From NCBI GenBank assembly GCA_963752285.1, contig CAVVXN010000001.1:1-64000 (forward strand): a DNA stretch of 64,000 nt, written 5' to 3'. Shown here piece after piece: positions 32,615 through 43,800 of the stretch (the first letter of the stretch is position 1; the number at the start of each line of letters is the position of its first letter). The translations under genes and the position numbers were made by a program. The notes under the pieces are model-generated. The model saw nothing but the letters and a program-made list of their open reading frames with translations. It made no database searches and had not been told where the DNA came from. The stretch comes from an uncultured Planctomycetota bacterium (GTDB lineage: Bacteria; Planctomycetota; PLA2; JAEUHO01).

Positions 32615-33700
32615 TCATCCCGCGCTCGCGGCCGAGCCAGCCCCGTACCTCTTCCTCGCGTCGTGGAGCGTCACGCTCTTCCCCGTGGCGTCCTGGAACC
32701 GCCAGAAGCTCCAGCCGTTCGTCGCCATCGGCCGGCCCATGACGCGCTCCCGGACCGCACTCGCGACCTTCGAGGGATTGTCGTAGGTCCGGCCCTCCCA
32801 CTCGATCATGGCGTCCGGGCGTAGCGTGGCCTCGTAGGTCGCGCCCTTGTACCTCCGGTGAAGCGAGAGCGGCGTCGCCACGAACCCGGCCTCGATCAGC
32901 TGCGCCAACGTGACGCTCCTCCCGCTCGGCACGTCCGCGGTGCCTCCGGCATCCGACTTGCCGCCCGGGACGTGTTCGGCCTGGCCCCTACGCACCTTCC
33001 CGAGCGCGGCCTCGTAAGCAGGGTCGTCGAGAATGTCCCGCTTGATCACCTCTGACCGCAGGACCTGGCGGAGCTCTCGCGGCTCGACGCGGATCCCGAT
33101 CACCTTCCGTACCTCGCGCCGCAGCCCCAGGAGGACCTTGCGGTTCTGCAGCAGCAGGGCGGCGACGAGGTGGCGGCTCAACGCCTCCTGCAGATCCCGC
33201 AGTTTGACGTGCGCGCCCTTCTGGCAGCCCTCCTTGCTGAAGGCGTAGAGCCGCTCGATCTGCTGGTCGTCTTTCGGGTCGAGCGCGAGGAGGTCCAGCT
33301 CGGCCACCAGCGTCTTGTCGATCGGCTTCGCGAAGAGGACGCTGTAGAGCTGCCAGGTCACGCCGTTCGTGAGGACCAGCCACTCCACCCCCTCGTTCGA
33401 GGCGTAGCCCAGCGCCTGCTTCAGGTGCCGCTCCTTCAGCGCGAAGCCGATCGCCTTCACCTCGACGAGGTGGGTGATCTTCCCGTCGAGCTTCACGGCC
33501 AGGTCGCAAAACGTCCCCCGGATCGCGTACTCGCCCGTGAGCTCGGTGTACTTGTCGTAGCCCAGGACCTCGCTCAGGACGTCCTTCACGACCGTGACCG
33601 TATCGGCCTCGGACACGTCGCGCGACCGCTGCTGCTCGAGGATCGGACGCAGGCGCTCGAGCCCCGCATCGAACCGCTCGCGGATCTTCTTCGGAACCAT
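32615..33700 (-). CDS. HsdR-N-like PD-(D/E)xK restriction-type nuclease fused to a RAMA-like domain
   Basis: SEADT...LGYD...CDLAVK...LVEVKA...LTNG..W nuclease motifs. C-terminal YDNPSKVA...NGWSFW. Confidence 0.75.
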   Translation of the reverse strand: MVPKKIRERFDAGLERLRPILEQQRSRDVSEADTVTVVKDVLSEVLGYDKYTELTGEYAIRGTFCDLAVKLDGKITHLVEVKAIGFALKERHLKQALGYASNEGVEWLVLTNGVTWQLYSVLFAKPIDKTLVAELDLLALDPKDDQQIERLYAFSKEGCQKGAHVKLRDLQEALSRHLVAALLLQNRKVLLGLRREVRKVIGIRVEPRELRQVLRSEVIKRDILDDPAYEAALGKVRRGQAEHVPGGKSDAGGTADVPSGRSVTLAQLIEAGFVATPLSLHRRYKGATYEATLRPDAMIEWEGRTYDNPSKVASAVRERVMGRPMATNGWSFWRFQDATGKSVTLHDARKRYGAGSAASAG

Positions 33701-33910
33701 GGCCCGACCTCCCGTCGCGTAGAGTCGAGTACTACTGCGGCGCGCGTCTCCCGGTCAACCCCCTCTCCGCCTCGTGAGCCGGGCGCCCCACAAGCCGAAT
33801 CAATCACTTCTGCTTCTTAGTCAATCAGTCCAGCGCGTTCTGATGCCGTTTGATCGGTGGACGCCGCCCGGACCTTGCCACCTTGCGCCCCCGGTGCCCT
33901 ACTTCGGCGC

Positions 33911-34291
33911 GTGGCCAAGCGCCGGACCTGGACGTGGTGGGAGAAGGCCGCCGCCGAGCGGGGCCGGCGCGGCTGGTCCGTCGCCGAGCTCGCCCGCCGC
34001 GCCCACGTGGACGCGACGGCGCTCCGGCGCTGGCTTCGGGGGGAGCACGCGCCCCGGGAGGGGACGGTCGCGAAGATCGCCGCCGCCTTCGGCTGGCCGA
34101 CCGCCTACCTCGCCGACCCCGACCTCCCCTACGAGCCGACGCTCGACAAGGAGGCGGCGGCGAAGGTCGTGTCGGGCCTCTCCCCCGACGCCCTCAAGGT
34201 CGTGAACGCCCTCGCCGACCCCAAGGCCGTCGCCTTCCTCGCACGCTGCGTCGACCAGTTCTACGAGCTGCGGCGGAACCTAGGGCGATGA
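33911..34291 (+). CDS. XRE-family HTH regulator
   Basis: GWSVAELARRAHVDATALRRWLRGEHAP...KIAAAFG. Confidence 0.85.
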   Translation: MAKRRTWTWWEKAAAERGRRGWSVAELARRAHVDATALRRWLRGEHAPREGTVAKIAAAFGWPTAYLADPDLPYEPTLDKEAAAKVVSGLSPDALKVVNALADPKAVAFLARCVDQFYELRRNLGR

Positions 34292-34862
34292 GGGCCCACG
34301 CGACCACCGTATGGGAGCGGAGCGCGAGCACCCTTCGCCTGAGCTTCTCGGTCTTCGTGCGTCCCACGAGAGGGCCTCTCTCCCCCCCATGGCCGGGGCG
34401 GGCGCCCCGGCGGGAGAGCGGCATTCCCTCCCGGGGCATGCGGAGCGTAGCCGCGGGCGCTGCGGGAGGTCACGGCGGCAATGGGGAAGGGACGCGGCGG
34501 GAGTGTCGCACGCGTCGGAAGCGAGGTGGAACGTGACGAAGAGGTCGCATGGAATCTTCCGGCGCGGCACGGTCGCGCTCATGATCCTGGGTTTCGCCGC
34601 CGCTGCGAGCCGGCACGCTGCGGGCGGCGACGGCGCTGTCCGGCGACGGTCGGGTCGCGGTCCCGGGGCAGGGAGGGAACGTGGACAAAGCGCTGGCCCG
34701 GCTTCGCTATGGGCGGCGCGTCGCCTGGACGGGCAAGGGGCGGCGGGGCAACCCCTACCGGTACGCCGCCCTCGGTACGCTGCCGGCGGAGGGGCCGGAC
34801 ACAGCTGCCGACGGGGGGGCCAAGGCCCGCGTGTGGGCGCCGCTCCGGAGAGGGGGTGGGCG

Positions 34863-35205
34863 ATGAGGGTCTACCGCAGGAAGTACAAGGGCCCGGACGG
34901 CGCCGAGAAGCTCGGGAAGACCTACTGGGCGCTCTACTACGTCGGCGGGAAGCGCTTCCACGAGTCGCTCGGCACCCACGACAAGCGGGCGGCCGAGCTC
35001 ATCGCGAACGAACGCCTCCGCCGGGAGGAGCTCCGCCGGGCCGGCATCGAGGACCCGTTCGAACGGAGCCACGAGAAGACGCTCGACGACCACCTCGCGG
35101 ACTTCGAGAAGACGCTCCGGGCCCGCGGCGTCGTCTCACGCTACGTGGCCGACCGGCTGAAGTGCCTGCGGGACTTCTTCGCCGGGGCCGGCGCCCGGAC
35201 GGTCA
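34863..35205 (+). pseudogene. Tyrosine integrase N-terminal ~114 codons
   Basis: MRVYRRK...YWALYYVGGKRFHESLGTHDKRAAE...TLDDHLADF arm-binding/core-binding region, with RBS. Truncated at an ISAzo13 remnant. Confidence 0.8.
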
Positions 35206-35668
35206 CGCGCACTGATCGCAGGACCGCGACGCGACAGCTCGGTCGCCAGTACCCGCGTGCTCTTGCACGTCCAGCGCAGACGGGACATTGGGTCGCCGCG
35301 CGTGCTCGGCTCGATCAGGTCCTCCAACCGGTTGGCGAGCGAGGGATCCAGGTCCCGTGCACGCTTGCGCCCGCCCCCGGGTCGTCGAATGCGGCCTTCT
35401 TCGAGCGCGACACCGTCCTCCACGTCCCGGATGCCGCGCGAGACCGTCGAGCGGGAGACCTTCGTGGCTCGCACAACCGCGGCGATCCCGCCGCGACCCA
35501 GCGCCAAGGCCTCGGCCGCAGCGAAGATGCGCTGGCTGCGCTCATCCAGCACGGCGCGCAGCATGCGGTAGCGCGCTCGAACGGCCTTGACGTCGTCGCT
35601 CGCGGTCACGCCCCATGAGATCGGATCTGCCGAGCGATTGCTTCAGTTATTTCGTAGCAGGCCCTTAG
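35206..35668 (-). mobile_element. ISAzo13-family remnant (left end and transposase N-terminus, 35609 downward)
   Basis: LDERSQRIFAAAEA..LGRGGI...RIRRPGGGRK...RGDPMSRLRWTCKSTR. Confidence 0.85.
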
Positions 35669-35689
35669 GGCGCTGGCGTATCCGAGCGT

Positions 35690-36019
35690 CCCGCCGCCCA
35701 CCGCGGCGACGCGCGAGCTCGGCGCATCGCCGAGAACCGAGCACGACGATGCGTCGTCTGCGCCTGACCCCGCCTCGTTCCTTGACACCCCCGACGCGCC
35801 CCTACGGTCCGGCACCCACGTGCGCACTGCGCTCACGCGGACCGTAGCCCCGATCTCACACCGGCCGGCTGCCGAGACCTCGCGGCGGCACCGCTTTCCC
35901 GCCAGCAGGCCGCCGAGAACTCGAACGAAACGTCCCCTTCGAACTGAGAAGCAGCAGGGAAACCCGCCGCGTCGCTGTTCGAGTACTCGACAGAATTCTC
36001 CAGAAGGAATTGACACGCA
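35690..36019 (+). repeat. Transposase tail, downstream flank and ~45-bp boundary motif (35977-36019)
   Basis: Homologous to 740-1029. Confidence 0.75.
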
Positions 36020-36099
36020 ACTCGGACACGCACCTCTGCATAGAGCCCGCGAATGGCCAGTTCAGAACGAACACGAACACAGCGCCGCTGAATGCCCCC

Positions 36100-37749
36100 T
36101 CACGGGCCGTTGGCGGTTCGGTCCAGAGCCAACCGCACTGCACGTGCAATCACTGGGTCCGGGTCCGAGACCGCCTGTTCCAACTGGCCCCTTATTCGTG
36201 AACACCTTCGCCCGTAGTTGGCGAGGGCTATGGCGGCGTCTCTTCCGAATTCGACTCCCATCGTCTTCGATCGCAACTCGTTCGCCAGCGTCTCGCAAAC
36301 CGCCGGCTCTCTATCCAAGTACCATCCCAGGTAGGAGGCAAGGTAAGCCCGCGTTCGCGGTCGGATCCTGTCCTCGTGTAGCGCTTGGCGAATGCGCGCG
36401 CTCGCGTCTTCATTCCACTCGCACACGACGAAGCGTCCTGCCGCGGACGCCGCCAATTCGTTGTCGGATAGCGCGACGTCCAGGAGGGCCGATCGAGCAA
36501 CCGACCACTGTTCCGCCAGACGCGTCAACGCGGTGAGCGCACCAGACCTGGAGTGGGCATACATGGAGCGGGCACGCTCGTCGATCATACCGCGGAGCCG
36601 GGAAACTGCGTCCTCCACGTACAGGCCTACGTGTGTGTCCGCGCGCGAGCCCTCTCTGATAAGACGAGAGAGAACCTCCTCCGGGCATGGGCGTTGTCCT
36701 GTCGGAGTGTCGAACGTACTCGCGTGGCCAACGACCCTCACGTTGGTCAGCCAAGGCGATCGGTATACGTGCTCCCCCAACCGCAACCAGCCCAGGCCCT
36801 CTCTAGTCCCAGCTTGGTGCTGAAGCGTCGACTCCCACTCCTCGCAAAGTGGAGCGACGAGTGCCACCGAGTACCCCGCCTCCCTGAGGACCCCGAGGCA
36901 ATCATCGGGTGGCCCTAGATGCCACGAGCCGACGAGTATCACGAGTTTTCGCCTCTTGGACGATCCGGAACGACAGACCTCCTCGGCTAGGAGCCTGATG
37001 CGGTCCCCATAGGTTGGCTTTGATCGCCCAGGGTAGAACCCGAACCCATGGAATGCGACGCCGTCGAGACGGGAGTCGGAGAGAAGTGACTCGTACCCCC
37101 GGCTCGGCCAACCCGTCACACTCTCCCGTAATCTTGCCAGGACTTCCCCTCCAGAAGGTCCCCCGCCCGTGCTCGTGGGGTCCCGCTGAATCATCTTTGA
37201 GAATCCCCAAGGCAGCATCTCAAGACCCACGTCCACGCCACCATCCTCATCTGCAGAAGTGGCGACCATGCCCACTACCATCGGGAGGGTCGCAGCTATG
37301 GGGGGCGCATCGTGGCGATCCGGAACGACGATGACGTCGCAACTCGCGAGATCGGCTCGAACAGCGCCTTCATCCACGACAAGCCGATCGAGGTTCTCCG
37401 TCAGTAGTCTCCTCGTGCCCTCTTGAAAAGCCGTTAGATTTTCGCAATTGGTTGAAGACCAGATCCTCATCCAATCCCAGCGATCCGGCACTTGGATCTC
37501 CTCTTGAAGAAGGAGATTCGGCGCCGGCGGCGCGGGCGCTGCCGACACGCCAGCGCCGCCGAGCACTGCGGCGAGGCAGAGCACTCTACACATCATCTCC
37601 GGCGCCGAGAGCCGCAGAGCCCCAAGCGCCCCCCCCGGCAGGCGAGGCTCAGGATCGGCTTCCGCACTACCAGCGGGGGCCACGCCCCCTGCCCGCGCAT
37701 GCTCGTTCCCCAGGTCCGCGCTGCGAGCTTCTTCCGTGGCGTCGTCCAT
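36100..37749 (-). CDS. Putative exported immunity protein (ChaN/TIKI-like GxxH region plus HEAT-like C-terminus)
   Basis: Signal-like MCRVLCLAAVLGGAGVSA. LVILVGSWHL. DPDPVIARAVRLAL. Follows Rhs 2. Confidence 0.6.
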   Translation of the reverse strand: MDDATEEARSADLGNEHARAGGVAPAGSAEADPEPRLPGGALGALRLSAPEMMCRVLCLAAVLGGAGVSAAPAPPAPNLLLQEEIQVPDRWDWMRIWSSTNCENLTAFQEGTRRLLTENLDRLVVDEGAVRADLASCDVIVVPDRHDAPPIAATLPMVVGMVATSADEDGGVDVGLEMLPWGFSKMIQRDPTSTGGGPSGGEVLARLRESVTGWPSRGYESLLSDSRLDGVAFHGFGFYPGRSKPTYGDRIRLLAEEVCRSGSSKRRKLVILVGSWHLGPPDDCLGVLREAGYSVALVAPLCEEWESTLQHQAGTREGLGWLRLGEHVYRSPWLTNVRVVGHASTFDTPTGQRPCPEEVLSRLIREGSRADTHVGLYVEDAVSRLRGMIDERARSMYAHSRSGALTALTRLAEQWSVARSALLDVALSDNELAASAAGRFVVCEWNEDASARIRQALHEDRIRPRTRAYLASYLGWYLDREPAVCETLANELRSKTMGVEFGRDAAIALANYGRRCSRIRGQLEQAVSDPDPVIARAVRLALDRTANGP

Positions 37750-37860
37750 CAGGGAGACTCCTCACCGCGCCCATCAGGAACTCCAGGTCCGCGCTGCGAG
37801 CTTCTTCCGTGGCGTCTGCCCCACCAAGGCCGAGGGCCTAGCCAGCCCCAAGTCACCCCG

Positions 37861-40800
37861 CTAACCATCCGGACCAGAGCCGGGCGGGGCATAAGGGGGT
37901 CGACCAGGCTTGTCCGGGTCCCAGTTCTTCCCCCTGAGCATGGGACCTTCGTATGGATTCTGTTCGCACCAATCCCACCTCCACGGAACAGGACCATCGG
38001 GGTTGGGAACCCCGATTAGGCTTCGGAGGAGTCGCTCGCCAGGGCCAAAGTGCCGCCAGAACCACCCATCCGGTAGCGGCTCTGGATACTCAGGAGATGG
38101 TGTCGGCGGCTGTCCAGGTGCGTGTGCAGCAGCTGCAGCCGCGTCCCTCTCGGCCACCTTCCCCTTCAGCTTCTCTTTCCGCTTGCGAGCCTCATGGGCA
38201 GCGACGTCTGCTTGGTTCCACTCGTCCTTCAGCTTGTCGATCTCGCCATTGAGCCTGTCGATCTCCGCGTCTCGGAATCCTTCGGGACTCAAGTTGGCCG
38301 TGGCTTCGCCCCCCGGCGGACCGAAGATGCTACCGTTCTGCCGCCTCTGACGCTCCTGGAGCTGTTCTGGATACATGGTCAGCACCTGGTGGACTTCATT
38401 CTGGAGTTCCTCGATCCGCTTTTCCGCGTCATCCCTTGTCTTGGTGGCCTCCGCTTCGTCCCGCTCGGCTTTCGCGAGCGCGTCATCGAGCTCGTCTCGG
38501 CCCGTCGGGTCACGACCCGATGCCGGCCTCGCATGTACGTACAGGTAAAGCGAAGGAACATCCCGGTACCCGATCGGGTCGCGTTGGATAAACCGACCGC
38601 AACTGGGATCGTACGTGCGCGCGCGATGGAAATAGAGCCCGTCCTCCGCGTCATACTCCCGCCCCGTGAACAGGTACGGATTCCCGACCGGGCTCTGGCC
38701 GACGACGTTCCCCTGCTGGTCGAGGATCCTGGGCTTCCCGTAGACGTCGTACGTCACCCACTCGACGACGCTCCCGCCCGGTTCCGAGAGCTCCGTCACC
38801 GACCCCAGCGCCTGCTGGTGGTAGGTGAAACGGAGCACCTCCGTCGTGTTCTGGTTCCCGTTCACGTCCGCCTGGTCGGCCCGGTCCATGACGCGTGGAT
38901 GGTCGATCCCGTCCTCGTAGACGTATCGCGCCTGCCAGACGTCGCTTCCGTCGTACTCCTCGATCACCTGCTGGCCGTCGAGCACGTACCGCGTCGTCGC
39001 GCCGCCGGACACGGCCTTCTCGACCCGCCGCCCGAGCGCGTCATAGCGGTAGGTCGCGACGACGGCCTGGGTCGCCTTCAGCTTCACCTCGACCAGCCGG
39101 TTCTCGAAGTCGTACGCGAAGAGGTAGGTCCCGTCGTCGGTCAGGTTCCCGTTGTTGTCGTGGGTCCGGGTGACGCCGCCGACCTGGGTGTACTGGTTCA
39201 CCACGTCCGAAGCGTACGTCACGGTCGAGGGCGGGGTAGGCGGCGTGGTCAGGACCTGGCTCCGGTTCCCGAGGCCGTCCATGACGTACTGGGTGTTCTT
39301 GGCGAAGGTCTGGCTCCCGGGGTTCTGCACCTCCTGGAGGGGGCTCGTCGTGTCGTAGCGGACGTCCGTCAGGCGGTACGCCCAGTCGTAGGCGTAGACG
39401 TCCCCCTTGGTGTTCCGGGCCGTTAGGAAGGTCTGGACGGCCTGGGGCAGCGTCCCGACCCACGTGGCGTCGAAGGTGTTCTGCTCCATGCGCCGGTTGT
39501 GGGCCCGATCGTAGGCGTAGGTGAACTTGTGGAGCGTCTGCCCGCTTCCGAGCTTGTGGTCGATGTCCTGGATCCGGGCGAAGCCGTCCCAGGCGTACTC
39601 GGTCGAGGTCCCGTTCTGGTTCGAGGTCGTCGCGAGCCGGCCCGCACCCTGGTACGTGAACGTCGCGATGTTCGTCCCCGCCCCCACGTCCTGGAGCGCG
39701 GTCATGCGGTAGATCGCGTCCCGCGTGTGGGCGGCCGCGAAGGCGCTCGGGTAGAGGACGCTCTGGACGCTCGAGGCGTCCGACCACGTCGTCGTGACCG
39801 ACTTCCACTTCTCCTGACCCTGGGCGTTGTAGCCCTGGCGCTCCTTCAAGAGGTTCCCCACGCTGTCCCAGGTGAGATCGTCCTGGAAGTCGTCGTCGAC
39901 GGCCGTGAGCATCCGCCCGAGGGCGTCGTACGTGAACTGCTCGAACGTGCTCCCGAGGACCCCCGTCCCACGCGTCACGCTCGCGTAGGTCTTCCGGCCG
40001 AGCGCGTCGAACGTGTTCTGGACCACCGTCCCGTTCTGATCGGTCCACTGCGACACGTTCGAGGCCGGGTCGTACTGGGTGTCGACGTACCGCGTGTCCG
40101 CGTACGTGACGCGGGTCTGGCGATCTCGCGCGTCGAACTGATACGACGTCGAATCGAAGTTGTCGTCGGTCAGGCCCGTCAATCGATCATTGCCGTCGTA
40201 CTGGAAGCTCTCCGTGATCGACTGCGTGAAGTCCTCGATCGTCTGGCCGGTCTGGAGCGCCCGCTCGTAGGTGAGGAGCCGGCTTGCGAGGTCGTATGTC
40301 CACCGGACCGGATGGGACTCGGCATCCAGCCGCCACGTCAGGTCGTTTCGGCTGTCGTAGCCGAGATTCGTCGTGAGAACGTTCTGGCCGTTCGACCGAT
40401 CGATCTCGCGCCTCTGGGTCACGCGATTGATCGCATCGTAGTCGAACTCGGTCACGAACGTCTCGCTCCCGCCCCCGGCCGGGAGGTCGGTGTGGGAGCG
40501 GGTCGTGATGTTCCCGTTCGCGTCGAGGGAGAAGTCGTCGTGGTTTCCCGTCGCGTCGAGGATCTGGACGAGCCTCGCCGCGGCGTCGAACGAGTAGCTC
40601 GTGCTGTTCGAGAGGGGATCCGTGACCTGGGTCACGAGGCCCGATGGGTCCCTCGTGACGATCGTGGTCGGCTGGCTCGGCGTCAGGTTCGGGCCGAAGC
40701 GGTCGTCAACCGTCTTCCAGAGCCGGTCCACCTCGTCGAAGTAACGCGCCGTCCGCGCGAGCAGCGCCGCCTGGCTGTCGTAGGCCTCGACCAGCGTCTG

Positions 40801-43800
40801 GTTCCCCGACTTGTCGTATTGAAACGCCCGGTACGCGCCGAGGGCGTCCGTGACGCGCGTCCGTCGATCGAAGTGGTCGTGCTCGAACGTGGTCTCGTAC
40901 GAGCGCGGGTTCTTCGAGGTCGCGAGCGAGCCGTTTAAGTCATAAGCGTATTCAAAGGTCCCTTCGACGGCACTCCCCGCGCCTGCGCGCACCTTATGGA
41001 TGAGGCGACGCTCGTCCCACTCCAGCGCAGTCACTCCGCCCTCGGGCCTCGTCACCGAGACGAGGTCGCCGCTTCCGTCGTAGGCGTATGTGGTCGTCGC
41101 GGTCGTTGTAGACGTCAGGTCCACTGTCTTTGCGAGGGGCCGTCCCACGACGTCGTAGGTGAACGACGTCTCGATCCACGGCGTCGTCGGGTCCTGTGTC
41201 CCGTGGCGGTCGACGTTCTCGACCTCGACGAGGGTCACGCGCCGGCCGGCGTCGTACGTGAGCCGGCGGCGGTAGGAGAGGGGCGACGGGGCCTGCACCT
41301 CCGTCACGTAGCCCTCCGCGTCGACGGATATGGCGGTCGTTGCCCCGCGCGCGTCCGTCACCGACACGATGTCGCCGTACTGGCTGTAGTCGAGCGTGGT
41401 CGTGAGCGCGAGCCCTGCCTGGTCCTTCGTCACCGACTGGAGGTACCCGGCGTGGGACCCTGTCGTGTAGTAGACGAAGTCGACCGTCCGGCCGGCGCCA
41501 TCGGTCGCGTTCGTGATGCGGCCCCGGCCGTCGAACGAGAACGTCTCGGTGATCGTCTGCGTGCTCGGGCTCGTCACCGTCGGCCGCTGGATCTGCGTGG
41601 TGTTGCCCTGGGCGTCGACCTGGTAGACGGTGATGTTCCCCCGCGGGTCCGTGTACTGGGACCTCTGGTTGAAGGGCCCGCCGTACTGGTAGGAGTACAC
41701 GATGTCCGTGCCGGACTGGTTCGGGGTATCCGTTTCCTTGCGCCGCACCTCGACCAGGTTCAGCGCGCTGTCGTACTGGTAGTCGGTCCGGTTTCCCGCC
41801 GGGGCGCTCACGTGCGTCACCAAACCCGTCGTCTGGTCGACCCCCATGGTGGTCACGTACGAGTTCGGCTCCCCCTGCCGAAGGCCCTTGGTGAAGACCT
41901 CCTCCTTGATCGGCACGCCGAACGTCGAGAAGGTCCACTCGGTCGTGTTCCCGGATCGGTCCACCACGGTGGTCTTCGTGTCGGACCCCATGAGGGACGC
42001 ATAGCTCATCGCGTACGAGCCGTCCCCGATCGTCTCCTTCACGACCCGATCGTAGCCGTCATAGTACAGCGTCTGGACCCCGTCGCCGAGCGGGCTCCAC
42101 ACGTGAACCAGATTGCTTGCGAGCGCGGAGTTCGTGCTGTTCCCCGTGTAGGAGAACCACACGGAGCGCCCCTGTGGGAACTGGGTAGAGGCAGGCGTCG
42201 TCACGCGCTTCAACTGCCCCATGTAGTCGTACGTGAGGGTCCAGGTCCGACCCCCGAAGTCGGTGATGCTCGAGAGCCTTCCATCCGTCCCGTACGAGAG
42301 CGTGTAGCTCCGGTTGAGAGTGTCGGTGATCGACGTCAACTGGTCGCCCGTCCACGAGTACGTGAGCGCGTTTCCGTAGCGGTCCTGGACCTGCGTCCGG
42401 TACCCGTTCTGGAAGGTGCTGGCGGTCCCAAACCGACTGGTGAGCGTCGCCGTCGTCCCTTGCACGTTGAGCGTCGAATCGTAGCGGACCGGAGGAACGA
42501 AACTTCCCCCTCCTGCCGAAGCGAAGGTGTCGGCCCGACCGTGCCCATTGAGGTAGGTCTCGTCGCCGTTCGGCTCCGTGCGAAGCCTCACGTCCTGGTC
42601 GAGCGTCCAGCCCCTTCCGTAGCGATAGTCGTAACCGATTCTCGATCGATAGGTCAGGTTCACGCCCAGGTCCATCCCCACGCCGGGGATCTTGAAGAGC
42701 GGCAGCGAGTAGACCTCCTCGGCGGTCGCGAACTCGACGCTGCAGGCAGTCGCCGGGAAGTCCTTCCGAACGTCCGGATCGGGCCAGGCGTCGATCCAGC
42801 CCCGCCCGAGGAACTCCTCGTCCATACATGCGCCGCACCCACTCGGAGTCGTCGGCTGGACCGCCGAGGAGCTCGTCTGGACGAGCCCCGTCCCCGTCCC
42901 CGTGATCGTCGGGCTCGCTCCGGGGTTCCAGAGCACGTTGTCGAGGATGGAACGCCCCGACTCGCCCGCGGCGCTCGACCCCGTGTTCGCCACGAGCACG
43001 TAGAGGTCCTCGAAGCTCCCGGCCGGGTCGATCCACGACGACCCGCCCCCGGCCGGCGGCATGTTGGGCTCGATGTTGATCCAGCCGACCTGAAGGACGT
43101 TGGCGGGGTCGGCCGCGTCGAAGTAGTAGGCGTCGGTCCCGCCGGTGAGCCCCGGACAGAAGACGGTCAGGAACTGCCCGGCCGACGTCACGTCCGAGGC
43201 CCCCACGGCCGGTCCCGTCCAGACGGGCGGCGCCGTGAACGTGAAGAAGGCCCCGGTGTAGGGGAGCTGGAGCAGATAGGCCATCCCCGTGACCGCGTCC
43301 GTCGCGGAGACGTAGGCCTCGTTGTCCAGGCTCGTGATGCCGGTGGGCACGGCCGGCGGCGGCCCCCAGGTCGGAAACGACGCGGGCGTCATGGCCGTCC
43401 GGTCGAAGAACGACACACCCACGAACCCGGGACCCGTACGGCCGAGGAGCATCAGATAGCGGGTCGCGGGGTTGCCGCTCGGCCTCACCTCGATCAGCTC
43501 GGTCGCCGTGGCGAAGGGGATGGCGGTCGCCGGAGCGAACACCCCGCCCACGAGGAACTGGTCGAGCCAGGCGCGGTTTCGGTCGTAGCCCCACGCGTAG
43601 AGCGCGCCTCCGAGCAGGTTGTCGGCCGTGATCTGGCTGTAGTTGGCCGCGGGGTTGCTGAGGGAGAGCGTCGCCACGCCGGTGGCGGGGTCGACGGTCC
43701 AGACCTGCCCGTTGTTGCAGCCGACGACGAGCTGCTGGAGCGAGACCGACCAGTCCATGTCCATGCAGGTGTTGGGCGGGATCGGGAGCGTCAGGGTCCC

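Noticed and set aside
34681..34866. Excisionase upstream of the integrase N-half
   Set aside because: The 61-aa ORF has only a weak wing-like GKGRRGNPYRY motif, which is not enough to call.
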